A DNA stretch of 35,253 bases from a bacterium (GCA_029007415.1 JAQXHT010000075.1:1-35253); one strand, 5' to 3'. Numbered from the stretch's first letter, positions 23,896-33,238 are shown. Numbers and translations: made by a program. The notes: generated from the letters alone by a model not told the origin.

Positions 23896-26800
23896 ATGCA
23901 AAAAGAAGTTAGTATTTTATTAGATAAAATGGGGATTGATTATACTAATTCTTCTTTTTTTGACTCTTTAAAACTTGAAAAAGTAGTAGTAGAAGAAAAA
24001 AGTGGAGAGTGGGATATCTATCTAAATAATGAAACATTATTAGATGTAGAAGCTTATAAAGAATTAGAAGAAAATAAAGATAAATTAGGTCAAGCTAATA
24101 TCTATTATGACATAACTTCTATAGATAATAATATTTTACTTTCTTATTATAAAACCATATTAGAATTAGCTAAAGAAAAAAATGAATTAAGTATTTTAGA
24201 ACCGTATTTATCTAACTTAATATTAGAAGATGATAACTTACTTTTAGTAGCTAGTAATACAATTGAAGAGCGAAGACTTAACAAAATCAAAGACATTATC
24301 ACATCATATTATAAAAGACTAGGTTATTCTAAAGATATTGACATAGTAGTACGTGAAAATGAATCAATCAAAGAAGAAATAGAAGAAGAATTAGCAAAGA
24401 TAAAAGTAGAACCAATAAAGGTCGAAGAAGTAAAGGAAGAGAAGAAAGAATTTAAAAACTTTACACCAGGGCCTCGTCCTCGAAGAAGTAAAAAAAGAGA
24501 TGAAGGTTGTATCTTAGGACTTGATATTAAACAAATGCCTATTAAGATTAGTATGATTCAAGGTGAAGATAATAACGTTATAGTAGAAGGTAATATCTTT
24601 GGGGTTGATTATTTTGAATCGAGTAAAAGTGAATTTAGAATTATTACTTTAAAAATAACTGATAATACAGATAGTATTCTTTGTAAAGTATTCTGTAATG
24701 AACAGGAAGAATATGAAAGACTTTGTAAAGAGTTAAAAGTTGGTAGGGACTTGTTAATATCAGGTTATGTCAAAGAAGATTCCTTTGCTAAAGAGTTGGT
24801 ATTAAATGCTAGAGATATAATGCCAGTTACTAAACATAAAGAAGAAATTCAAGATTTAAGTGAACGTAAAAGAGTAGAATTACATGCTCATACTAAGATG
24901 AGTCAGATGGATGGAGTAGTAGATGAAATCGCTCTTGTTAAACAAGCCATTAAATGGGGACATAAAGGTATTGCTATAACTGATCATAATGGAGCGCAAG
25001 CTTTCCCTCATGTTTATAACTTTGTAAGGGACTATAATAAAGGCAAAGAAGAAAATGAAAAATTTAAAGCAATTTATGGAACAGAATTAGTAATGGTTGA
25101 TGATAAAGTTGATATTGTTGTTCGTCCGAATAATGATGTTTTACTAGATGATACTTATGTAGTCTTCGACTTTGAAACGACTGGTTTTAATGCTGGTGGC
25201 GCAGACTCTATCATTGAAATTGGTGCTGTTAAGATGAAAGATGGAGTTATCTTAGAAAAGTATGATGAGTTGATTAACCCTGGTCGTCCACTTCCTCAAA
25301 AAATAGTAGATGTTACTAATATTACTGATATGATGCTTGAAGGTAAAAGAAGTGAAGAAGAAGCAGTTAAAGACTTTATTAACTGGTTTGGTGACTTACC
25401 AATGGTCGCTCACAATGCTAAGTTTGATGTTTCTTTCCTAGAAATGGCTTATGAAAAGTATAATTTAGGTGAATTTAAAAACCCAGTGATTGATACTTTG
25501 GAACTATCACGTACACTTGATAATAATTATGCAAGACATAGTTTGTCTGCTTTAGTTAAAAGATATAATGTTCCTTGGGATGAAAATGCTCACCATAGAG
25601 GTGACTATGATGCAGAAGGAACTGCTCTTGTCTTCTATAAAATGCTTGAAAAATTAAATAATCGTAATATTGAAACTATGCAACAAATGGCTACTATGGT
25701 TGATGAAAGTGAAATGTATAAGTATGGTACTTTAAATCATATCAATATTTTAACCCTTACTAAAAAAGGACTTAAAAATCTATTTAAGATAATTTCTTAT
25801 GCTAATACAACTTATTTATACAAGACTCCAAGAATACCAAGAAGTATTGTGGAACAGTACCGAGAAGATTTATTAATTGGTAGTGGTTGTTATGAATCAG
25901 AAGTTTTTCGTCAAGCAAAGAGTAAGGGTGAGGAAGAATTATCTAATGTCATAAGATTTTATGATTATGTAGAAGTTCAACCGCCAGAATGTTATCATCA
26001 CTTAATCGATACAAGTGACTTTGGTAATGAAGTAGAATTAAATGCTCATATTGAGAAAATTATTAGAACTACTATTGAAGCTGGTAAACTAATTGTTGCT
26101 ACTGGTGATGTTCATCATTTAACAAGGGAAGACAAAATTTATCGTGAGATAATTGTAAATCAAAAAGTACCTGGTGGCGGACGTCATCCGTTAGCAAAGA
26201 GTAGTATTAAAGAAATACCATCTAATCATTTTCGAACTACTGATGAAATGCTTAATGACTTCTCTTTCTTAGATGAAGAAACAAGGAATTTAATTGTTAT
26301 TGATAATCCTAATAAAATTCTTGATATGGTAGAAGAAATAGAAGTTATCATTGAAACGGGCGGTATCCCATTTTCTCCTCGTATCGATAAGAGTGTAGAA
26401 ACAGTTACTGACTTAGTATTTACAAGAGCTTCTGATTGGTATGGCGACCCACTTCCTTATAATATTGAAGAGCGTATTAGTAAAGAGCTTTATGGTGATG
26501 GAATTTTTGAAGCGATTACAGCAGAAGTTAATCGTGTAGATATTAAAGAGGAAGATAAAGAAAAAGAACTATTCAAAAGATTACATGCTACCTTATTAAA
26601 AGGTTTTGATAGTGTTAAAGATAAAATCAGAGAAAACTTAAAAATAGTAAATCCTGAAATGAGTGATGAAGAAGTAGAAAAAACTTTACCAAAGAAACTA
26701 GGAGGAGTTATCGGTGGTGGTTTCGACGTTATCTACTTAATCGCGCAGAAACTTGTTAAACATTCAAATGATGATGGTTATATCGTTGGTTCTCGTGGTT

Positions 26801-28503
26801 CAGTTGGCTCTAGCTTTGTTGCTACAATGATGGGAATTACAGAAGTTAATGCACTACCTGCTCATTATCTATGTCGTAATAAAGATTGTAAATATTCAGA
26901 ATTTATAGATGAAAATGGGGAACCTTACGGAAAAGAATATTCCTCAGGTTATGACTTACCGGATAAGATTTGTCCAAAATGTGGTAGTAAACTTTCTAAA
27001 GAAGGACAAGATATGCCATTTGCAACCTTCTTAGGATTTAATGCTGATAAAGTTCCAGATATCGATTTAAACTTCTCAGGAGAATATCAGTGGCAAGCTC
27101 ATGAATATACAAAAGTTTTATTCGGAGTTGATAATGTTTATCGCGCTGGTACCATTGGTACCGTTGCAGAGAAAACTGCTTTTGGGTATGTAAAAGGATA
27201 TTTAGAAGAACATGGTATTACTGATAAAAGAACAGTAGAAATAGAACGACTTGCGATTGGATGTACTGGTGTTAAACGAACAACTGGTCAGCATCCCGGA
27301 GGAATTGTTGTTATTCCTGGTTATATGGATGTTTTTGATTTTACACCATTCCAGTACCCTGCTGATGACAATACGTCATTATGGCGAACTACGCACTTTG
27401 ATTACCATGCCATCGATCAAGATGTTTTAAAACTTGATATACTAGGTCACGATGATCCAACCGTACTTAGAATGCTTCAAGATTTATCAGGTATTGATAT
27501 AACAACTCTTCCAATGGATGATAAACGAATCTTTTCCCTTCTTTCTAGTACCAAAGAATTAGGGGTTACCGAAGAACAGATTCTTTGTCCAACCGGAACT
27601 TTAGGTCTTCCTGAACTTGGTACTAATTTCGTTATTCAAATGTTAGTAGAAACTAAACCAAGTAGTTTTGGTGAACTTGTTAAAATTTCTGGTTTATCCC
27701 ATGGTACTGACGTTTGGGCAGGTAATGCAAGTGAACTTATCAAAAACAATATTGTTCCCTTTAAAGAAGTTATCGGTTGTCGTGATGATATCATGGTAAA
27801 CTTAATGAACTGGGGTATGGAACCTAAACTTGCTTTTAAGATAATGGAATTTGTTCGTAAAGGTAAAGCATCAAAAGACCCAGAAACTTGGCAGGAATAT
27901 GCTACTAAGATGAAAAATGCTAAGATACCTGATTGGTATATAGAGTCATGTCATAAGATTAAATACATGTTCCCGAAAGCACATGCTTGTGCTTACGTTA
28001 TGAGCGCCATTAGGATTGCTTGGTTTAAACTTTATCATCCTTTATGGTACTATGCTGCATATTTCTCAATCAGAGAAGATGATTTTGATATCGAAGCGAT
28101 GATAAAGGGATATAACTCAATAAGAGCTAGATATGAAGACTTACTAGCAAAAGGCTATGAAGCTACAAATAAAGAAACTAATATAATAGGTAGTTTACAC
28201 GTTGCGATGGAAGCAACAGCAAGAGGGATTAAGTTTGCACCAATTTCTATTGAAAAAAGTGATGCATCCCGTTTTGTCTTAGATGATGAACACGAAAATA
28301 CTTTAATACCACCTTTTTCTACAATTGATGGTCTAGGTGGAGCAGTTGCGTCTACCATCGTTGAAGAACGTAAGAAACAACCGTTCCTAAGTAAAGAAGA
28401 TTTACAAAGAAGAGGAAAAGTATCAAAAACTTTAATTGATAAAATGGATGCAATGGGAATAATAAGTAATTTACCAGATTCTAATCAATTGAGTTTATTT
28501 TAG
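23896..28503 (+). CDS. polC: DNA polymerase III alpha subunit, PolC type
   Basis: 1535 aa. The PHP domain begins RVELHAHTKMSQMDG. The inserted 3'-5' exonuclease reads VVFDFETTG ... AHNAKFDVSFL ... HHRGDYDAE. The zinc finger is CRNKDCKYSE ... CPKCGS. The polymerase core includes GSRGSVGSS, VPDIDLNFSGEYQ and KLDILGHDDPT, and the C-terminus is NQLSLF. Confidence 0.95.
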   Translation: MQKEVSILLDKMGIDYTNSSFFDSLKLEKVVVEEKSGEWDIYLNNETLLDVEAYKELEENKDKLGQANIYYDITSIDNNILLSYYKTILELAKEKNELSILEPYLSNLILEDDNLLLVASNTIEERRLNKIKDIITSYYKRLGYSKDIDIVVRENESIKEEIEEELAKIKVEPIKVEEVKEEKKEFKNFTPGPRPRRSKKRDEGCILGLDIKQMPIKISMIQGEDNNVIVEGNIFGVDYFESSKSEFRIITLKITDNTDSILCKVFCNEQEEYERLCKELKVGRDLLISGYVKEDSFAKELVLNARDIMPVTKHKEEIQDLSERKRVELHAHTKMSQMDGVVDEIALVKQAIKWGHKGIAITDHNGAQAFPHVYNFVRDYNKGKEENEKFKAIYGTELVMVDDKVDIVVRPNNDVLLDDTYVVFDFETTGFNAGGADSIIEIGAVKMKDGVILEKYDELINPGRPLPQKIVDVTNITDMMLEGKRSEEEAVKDFINWFGDLPMVAHNAKFDVSFLEMAYEKYNLGEFKNPVIDTLELSRTLDNNYARHSLSALVKRYNVPWDENAHHRGDYDAEGTALVFYKMLEKLNNRNIETMQQMATMVDESEMYKYGTLNHINILTLTKKGLKNLFKIISYANTTYLYKTPRIPRSIVEQYREDLLIGSGCYESEVFRQAKSKGEEELSNVIRFYDYVEVQPPECYHHLIDTSDFGNEVELNAHIEKIIRTTIEAGKLIVATGDVHHLTREDKIYREIIVNQKVPGGGRHPLAKSSIKEIPSNHFRTTDEMLNDFSFLDEETRNLIVIDNPNKILDMVEEIEVIIETGGIPFSPRIDKSVETVTDLVFTRASDWYGDPLPYNIEERISKELYGDGIFEAITAEVNRVDIKEEDKEKELFKRLHATLLKGFDSVKDKIRENLKIVNPEMSDEEVEKTLPKKLGGVIGGGFDVIYLIAQKLVKHSNDDGYIVGSRGSVGSSFVATMMGITEVNALPAHYLCRNKDCKYSEFIDENGEPYGKEYSSGYDLPDKICPKCGSKLSKEGQDMPFATFLGFNADKVPDIDLNFSGEYQWQAHEYTKVLFGVDNVYRAGTIGTVAEKTAFGYVKGYLEEHGITDKRTVEIERLAIGCTGVKRTTGQHPGGIVVIPGYMDVFDFTPFQYPADDNTSLWRTTHFDYHAIDQDVLKLDILGHDDPTVLRMLQDLSGIDITTLPMDDKRIFSLLSSTKELGVTEEQILCPTGTLGLPELGTNFVIQMLVETKPSSFGELVKISGLSHGTDVWAGNASELIKNNIVPFKEVIGCRDDIMVNLMNWGMEPKLAFKIMEFVRKGKASKDPETWQEYATKMKNAKIPDWYIESCHKIKYMFPKAHACAYVMSAIRIAWFKLYHPLWYYAAYFSIREDDFDIEAMIKGYNSIRARYEDLLAKGYEATNKETNIIGSLHVAMEATARGIKFAPISIEKSDASRFVLDDEHENTLIPPFSTIDGLGGAVASTIVEERKKQPFLSKEDLQRRGKVSKTLIDKMDAMGIISNLPDSNQLSLF

Positions 28504-28513
28504 GGGATAAGAT

Positions 28514-29410
28514 ATGGAGAAAGAAACATTAAATAATATTTTATTGGGAATAATGGAAGTCTATAATCAAGACTTACCTAATGATAAAAAACATCAAGTA
28601 TTAAGTGATTTATGGACTAAGTATTATAAACTAAGTGAGAAAACTGGTATAAAATTAGATTTTGCTTATCAGTTATACTTAATTGGAGAAAGCGAAAGCT
28701 ATATTATTAATGAAGAACCAGAAAGATTTGTAGTTGATAAGGACGAATTAGATAAAGCTATTAATCATCTAGAAGAAGGAAATGGTTTAATTCTTGATGA
28801 GATAGAGACACTTTTACAAGCAAGTGTTGAAAATGCTAGAAGTAATTTTGCTAATCTAGGAATAGATGTAAAAACTAATTCTTTAAATGGTTTTTGTGAG
28901 TTAGGTCAAGCTTTGACTTTAATGCCATTAGAAAGTCTTGGTTTAAAAGTAACTAAAAATAGTGCCAAAGAGTCTTTTGGTTATCCTTTTAATCATGCAT
29001 TTGGAACAGTTACTTTTCCTTATAATGGTGGTGAAATAACTTATTTAATTGATTCTACTTATCGTCAGTTCTTTACCACAAATAGATGTAATGAAGGAAG
29101 ATATCATCAAGAAGAAGAAAATACTGGTCTTAAAGTAGCACCAGATCCAGGTTACTTTGTAGAAGATGAATCTTTTGCTAGAAACTTAATGCGTAATGGT
29201 TATGTTCCATTAACTAAGGAAAATGCTACTAAATATGGTGAAGCTTTCTATAAAGCAAGTATTTCTTTAGAAAAACAAGAAAATTTAAATAATAGTAATA
29301 TAAACTACTATGAAAATATAATTAATAGTAATGAAGATTATAAAGTCGATAAAGAAGAATTAGAGGGGCTTAATCTAAAATTTAGAGATAGTAATAAAAC
29401 AATGAAATAG
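28514..29410 (+). CDS. Cytoplasmic protein with a transglutaminase/arylamine-N-acetyltransferase-like Cys-His-Asp arrangement
   Basis: 298 aa, 10 nt after the polC stop. The contexts are NGFCELGQAL (Cys128, codon 28895-28897), FNHAFGTV (His161, codon 28994-28996) and YLIDSTY (Asp180, codon 29051-29053). Order and spacing match the papain-like transglutaminase/NAT fold. The CDS call is firmer than the fold call. Confidence 0.55.
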   Translation: MEKETLNNILLGIMEVYNQDLPNDKKHQVLSDLWTKYYKLSEKTGIKLDFAYQLYLIGESESYIINEEPERFVVDKDELDKAINHLEEGNGLILDEIETLLQASVENARSNFANLGIDVKTNSLNGFCELGQALTLMPLESLGLKVTKNSAKESFGYPFNHAFGTVTFPYNGGEITYLIDSTYRQFFTTNRCNEGRYHQEEENTGLKVAPDPGYFVEDESFARNLMRNGYVPLTKENATKYGEAFYKASISLEKQENLNNSNINYYENIINSNEDYKVDKEELEGLNLKFRDSNKTMK

Positions 29411-29425
29411 TAGGGGGAAAAGTAA

Positions 29426-29698
29426 ATGTTTAGAACTTATTTTGATACATTTTCACTGTCAACATCATTATCAACAACTTCTACAGCACTTGAAAATGAA
29501 GTAGAGAATTCACAGATAACTACTTTAGCAACAGCTACTTCTATTCTTGCTAGAAGTGTCGATGTTAAAGCAGAAAAGATGAATATGGCAGTGTCATATA
29601 TTGAGTCACTAAGTGATGATGAGTTAGCAAGACTAACTACTAAGCTAGAGACAAAACAAACAGAATTAGAAAAAGAAAAAACTTATACATTAAAGTAA
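29426..29698 (+). CDS. Small protein, paralog A (Ser/Thr-rich N-terminus, conserved C-terminal module)
   Basis: 90 aa after an RBS of TAGGGGGAA. The C-terminal VSYIESLSDDELARLTTKLETK...KTYTLK is shared with the next ORF. Confidence 0.55.
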   Translation: MFRTYFDTFSLSTSLSTTSTALENEVENSQITTLATATSILARSVDVKAEKMNMAVSYIESLSDDELARLTTKLETKQTELEKEKTYTLK

Positions 29699-29768
29699 AT
29701 TAGTATTGCTTTTTACTGATAATGTGATAAACTAAAACCTGCTTAAAAGATTAAGGAGGTTTTTTATT

Positions 29769-30044
29769 TTGAATTTATTAGAATTACTTACAACAGTATT
29801 TATATTAGATGAAGTAGCAGGATGTAAAAGTAAAACAGATGAAACATCAACAATTCTTACTGCAACATCTTTTATATCTGCAATGAATAATGGAAATGTT
29901 GATATGGAGAAAATTAATACAACAGTATCATATATTGAGTCATTAAGTGATGATGAATTAGCAAGCTTGACAGTTAAATTAGATAAGAAAGAAGAAAGTC
30001 TAAAGGAAGCAAAAACTTATAGATTAAAAAAATATAATGGATAA
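29769..30044 (+). CDS. Small protein, paralog B
   Basis: 91 aa. The TTG start sits 9 nt after AAGGAGG. The C-terminal VSYIESLSDDELASLTVKLDKK...KTYRLK is shared with paralog A. The nucleotide core at 29928-29965 matches 29594-29631 at 36 of 38 positions. Confidence 0.5.
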   Translation: MNLLELLTTVFILDEVAGCKSKTDETSTILTATSFISAMNNGNVDMEKINTTVSYIESLSDDELASLTVKLDKKEESLKEAKTYRLKKYNG

Positions 30045-30813
30045 TTTATCAAGAGAAGAACTAGATAGAAAAATTAAAATTTATGAAAAGTTAGGTGCTC
30101 TTCAGTTTCAAAAAATAGTATTTAAACTAGAAAAAATAAAATTTGCTATTATAAAAAAATACTTTCCAAATTATATAAAATTTACAGATAAAATTCTTGA
30201 TTTTAAAGCTAAATCGAGACTAAAGAAAGCTAAGACGGAAGAAGAGCAAACTAAGATAAAGAAGTTAATTCGTTATAGTAAAATGTATAATAGAAGAGAG
30301 CTAAATACTTTAAAAAATAGAAATTATCATATAAATAATAATGACCCTACAGTTATCTATGATTATCTTGAATGGAATAAAAGTATTCATAAGAAGGGTT
30401 TAATAACTAATATTGTTTCACTACCAATCTTGATAGGTTTAGCTTCTATTGCTGTTCCTTATACAGTACCATTTATAGCTTTAGAAACATTTAGTGCAAT
30501 TGTTAACTTTGAATGTATTAATATTCAAAATTATAATATCTGTCGGTATAAGAAAATAGAACCATTACTTGAAAAAAGAAAACAACGAGAAGTTAAAAAT
30601 AATATTGAAAGATATGGTAAAGCTTCTGAAGTAATCTATAACAGTGTGGATAAAAGTGATACTAAATTACCAAGTATAGATGAGATTGTAGAAAATATTA
30701 CTACTAAGGAACAAGCAGAGCAGATGAAAAAATTATTAGAAAAAATAGCAAGTGAGCGAAAAGTAAATTCTACTGATGTAACTACATATCAATTTGTCAA
30801 AAAAAAGTCTTAA
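30037..30813 (+). CDS. Hypothetical membrane protein (central TM hairpin, charged N- and C-terminal regions)
   Basis: 258 aa. Its ATG overlaps the end of paralog B (ATGGATAA). The hydrophobic stretch is ITNIVSLPILIGLASIAVPYTVPFIALETFSAIV. Confidence 0.6.
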   Translation: MDNLSREELDRKIKIYEKLGALQFQKIVFKLEKIKFAIIKKYFPNYIKFTDKILDFKAKSRLKKAKTEEEQTKIKKLIRYSKMYNRRELNTLKNRNYHINNNDPTVIYDYLEWNKSIHKKGLITNIVSLPILIGLASIAVPYTVPFIALETFSAIVNFECINIQNYNICRYKKIEPLLEKRKQREVKNNIERYGKASEVIYNSVDKSDTKLPSIDEIVENITTKEQAEQMKKLLEKIASERKVNSTDVTTYQFVKKKS

Positions 30814-30832
30814 AATATAAGACTTTTTCTTT
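30801..30832 (+). terminator. Rho-independent terminator closing the polC-linked transcription unit
   Basis: AAAAAAGTCTTA pairs with TAAGACTTTTT (core stems 30806-30812 and 30818-30824) across a 5-nt loop, followed by a T run. A TGaTATAAT promoter element follows at 30838-30847. Confidence 0.65.
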
Positions 30833-30868
30833 TAATAATGATATAATTAAGACTAAAGGAGGCAGTGT

Positions 30869-31600
30869 ATGACGGAAAAAGTAAACCTAGATGATATTAA
30901 TTACATACAATATGGTAATGATAAAGGTAAAGATATTATTTTATTACATGGTTGGGGTCAAAATATTGAAATGATGCAACCCTTAGGCAATTTACTTGCT
31001 GATAATTACCATATCACTATTATTGATTTACCAGGTTTTGGAAAAAGTAAGGAACCAGAAGTAGCTTTATCTGTAATGGATTATACTAATACCATTCATC
31101 GTTTAGTAGAAAAATTAAATATTAAAAAACCAACATTGATTGGACATTCCTTTGGTGGAAGAATATCTATTTGTTATGGCGCTACTTATGAAGTAGAGAA
31201 ATTAGTATTATGTGGTTCACCTTGTGTTCGAACAAAGAAAGGTTTAACTTTCAAGGAAAAAATTCTCAAGACTGCCAAGAAGTTACCAGGTATGGAGAAA
31301 GTAGCAGATATTGCTAAAAACTACATCGGTTCAACTGATTATAAAAATGCTAGTCCAATGATGCGAGAAATACTTGTTAAAACAGTAAATGAAGATTTAT
31401 CAGATTATGCTAGAAAAATCAAGGTACCAGTTATCTTAATTTGGGGTGAATATGATGAAGCAGCACCAATTGAAGAAGGTAGGATGCTAGAAGGCCTTCT
31501 ACAAGATGGAGCTATGATAGTCTTACCTGGTACTCATTATGCTTACTTGGAAAATCTTTATCAAGTGGGTTCTATTATTAATAAATTTATGGAGGAATAA
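30869..31600 (+). CDS. Alpha/beta-fold hydrolase
   Basis: 243 aa after an RBS of AAAGGAGG. The oxyanion motif is LLHGWGQN, the nucleophile elbow is GHSFGG, and the C-terminal His context is PGTHYAYLEN. Confidence 0.8.
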   Translation: MTEKVNLDDINYIQYGNDKGKDIILLHGWGQNIEMMQPLGNLLADNYHITIIDLPGFGKSKEPEVALSVMDYTNTIHRLVEKLNIKKPTLIGHSFGGRISICYGATYEVEKLVLCGSPCVRTKKGLTFKEKILKTAKKLPGMEKVADIAKNYIGSTDYKNASPMMREILVKTVNEDLSDYARKIKVPVILIWGEYDEAAPIEEGRMLEGLLQDGAMIVLPGTHYAYLENLYQVGSIINKFMEE

Positions 31601-31601
31601 A

Positions 31602-33224
31602 ATGTTTTTTAGAATTATTTTACTGTTAATAATAATAGGAGCAATTATTATTAAATCAAAGAAAAATTTACATATGTTGCAACAAAATCTTTATAACGAA
31701 AATAACCGTTATATTAAATGGGTTTTAAATAATAGTAAAAACTTTATTACCCTAGAGTTGGTTTGCCTTTTCTTAGTAGCAATAGCTAACTGCTTCTTAG
31801 CAACTAAAAATACTATTGCTTTAATAATTAATATTATAACGGCTATTCTTTATATAATATTTATTGTTAAATTTTATAAAGATATGAAAAATGAACAAGT
31901 AAAGAAGCCATTAGTAGTAACAGCTAGAGTTAAAAGATTAATTGGAACAGAAACAGTATTATACTTAATACCATTGGTTTTCCTATTCTTAGTAAGAGAT
32001 GATATAGTTTATAGTAGTTATGTTGTATTTATTTATGCTTTGGTTGCTTATTTAAACAACTTAGTATTACTAGTAGCAAACTTTATAAATAAATATACTT
32101 TAGAAAAATATGTTTACTATCATTTTAAACATATGGCGATGAGAAAACTTCATAGTATGGAAAACTTAAAAGTAGTAGGAATAACTGGAAGTTATGGAAA
32201 AACTAGTAGTAAGAATATTCTTGCTGATATTTTAAATATCAAATATGTCACACTACCAACTCCAAAGAATTTAAATACTCCTTATGGACTTATTATCACT
32301 ATCAATAATCACTTAGATAAGTTTACAGAAGTATTTATTGCTGAAATGGGAGCTTATAAAACAGGAGAAATAAAGCAACTTTGTGATATGGTTAAACCTA
32401 AATATGGTATTTTAACTAAGATTGGAACTGCTCACTTAGAAACATTTGGTAGTGAAGAAAATATTCAAAAGACCAAGTTTGAACTTATTGAATCTTTACC
32501 ACTTGATGGAGTAGGAGTTTTAAATAAAGATGACCCTAAACAAGTTAGTTATAAACTAAAGAATAAATGTAAAATATTATGGGTAGGTATTGAAAACAGT
32601 GATGTTGATGTTTATGCTCATGATATAAAATGTTCTAATGTTGGAACAACCTTTAAAGTTAAGTTTAAAAATGAAGAAAAAGATTATGAGTTTGAAACAA
32701 GACTTTTAGGAAACCATAATGTTTATAATATTTTAGCAGGTTTAGCTCTAGGATATGAATTTGGTATTCCTGTTGAAAAATTACAACAATCAGTTAAAAC
32801 AATTAAACCAGTTGAACATCGTCTAGAATTAAAGAAACTTGGAACATTCTATCAAATAGATGATGCTTATAACTCTAATCCAGTTGGAGCTAAAGGAGCA
32901 ATTGATGTTTTATCAATGATGCCAGGAGTTAAAGTCGTTGTAACACCAGGTATGGTTGAATTAGGTGATAAAGAAGATTATTATAATGAAAAATTCGGAG
33001 AACAAATCGCTGAAAAAGGAAATATCGATTATGTTGTTTTAATTGGTAAAAAGAAAACATTACCAATTAGAAAAGGATTAGAAAATAAAAACTATGATAT
33101 GGATAAAGTTATAGTTTACAATGATGTTAGAGAAGCATACAATTTTATTAGAGGTATTAATACAAAAGAAGATGTTTATGCTTTATTTGAAAATGATTTA
33201 CCTGATACTTATAATGAAAAATAG
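31602..33224 (+). CDS. murF: UDP-MurNAc-tripeptide--D-Ala-D-Ala ligase (MurF) with an N-terminal multi-TM extension
   Basis: ORF 31539..33224. The ATG at 31602 sits 6 nt after GGAGG. The P-loop is GITGSYGKTSSK, with further motifs AEMGA and DDAYNSNPVGAKGAIDVL. It is adjacent to ddl. Roughly the first 185 residues are hydrophobic helices. Confidence 0.8.
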   Translation: MFFRIILLLIIIGAIIIKSKKNLHMLQQNLYNENNRYIKWVLNNSKNFITLELVCLFLVAIANCFLATKNTIALIINIITAILYIIFIVKFYKDMKNEQVKKPLVVTARVKRLIGTETVLYLIPLVFLFLVRDDIVYSSYVVFIYALVAYLNNLVLLVANFINKYTLEKYVYYHFKHMAMRKLHSMENLKVVGITGSYGKTSSKNILADILNIKYVTLPTPKNLNTPYGLIITINNHLDKFTEVFIAEMGAYKTGEIKQLCDMVKPKYGILTKIGTAHLETFGSEENIQKTKFELIESLPLDGVGVLNKDDPKQVSYKLKNKCKILWVGIENSDVDVYAHDIKCSNVGTTFKVKFKNEEKDYEFETRLLGNHNVYNILAGLALGYEFGIPVEKLQQSVKTIKPVEHRLELKKLGTFYQIDDAYNSNPVGAKGAIDVLSMMPGVKVVVTPGMVELGDKEDYYNEKFGEQIAEKGNIDYVVLIGKKKTLPIRKGLENKNYDMDKVIVYNDVREAYNFIRGINTKEDVYALFENDLPDTYNEK

Positions 33225-33238
33225 AAAGGATGTTTAAA

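Noticed and set aside
26491-26709. Possible intein in PolC.
   Set aside because: The insertion is only about 73 aa. It lacks an N-terminal Cys/Ser/Thr splice junction, a C-terminal His-Asn plus nucleophile, and homing-endonuclease motifs. It is a Lys/Glu-rich helical insertion.
28514-30813. Lasso-peptide biosynthetic cluster, considered because of the transglutaminase-fold protein next to small ORFs.
   Set aside because: There is no asparagine-synthetase-like lasso cyclase, no PqqD-like RRE and no ABC exporter. The small proteins are about 90 aa, with the conserved part at the C-terminus. I use it only as an analogy for enzyme-plus-precursor logic.
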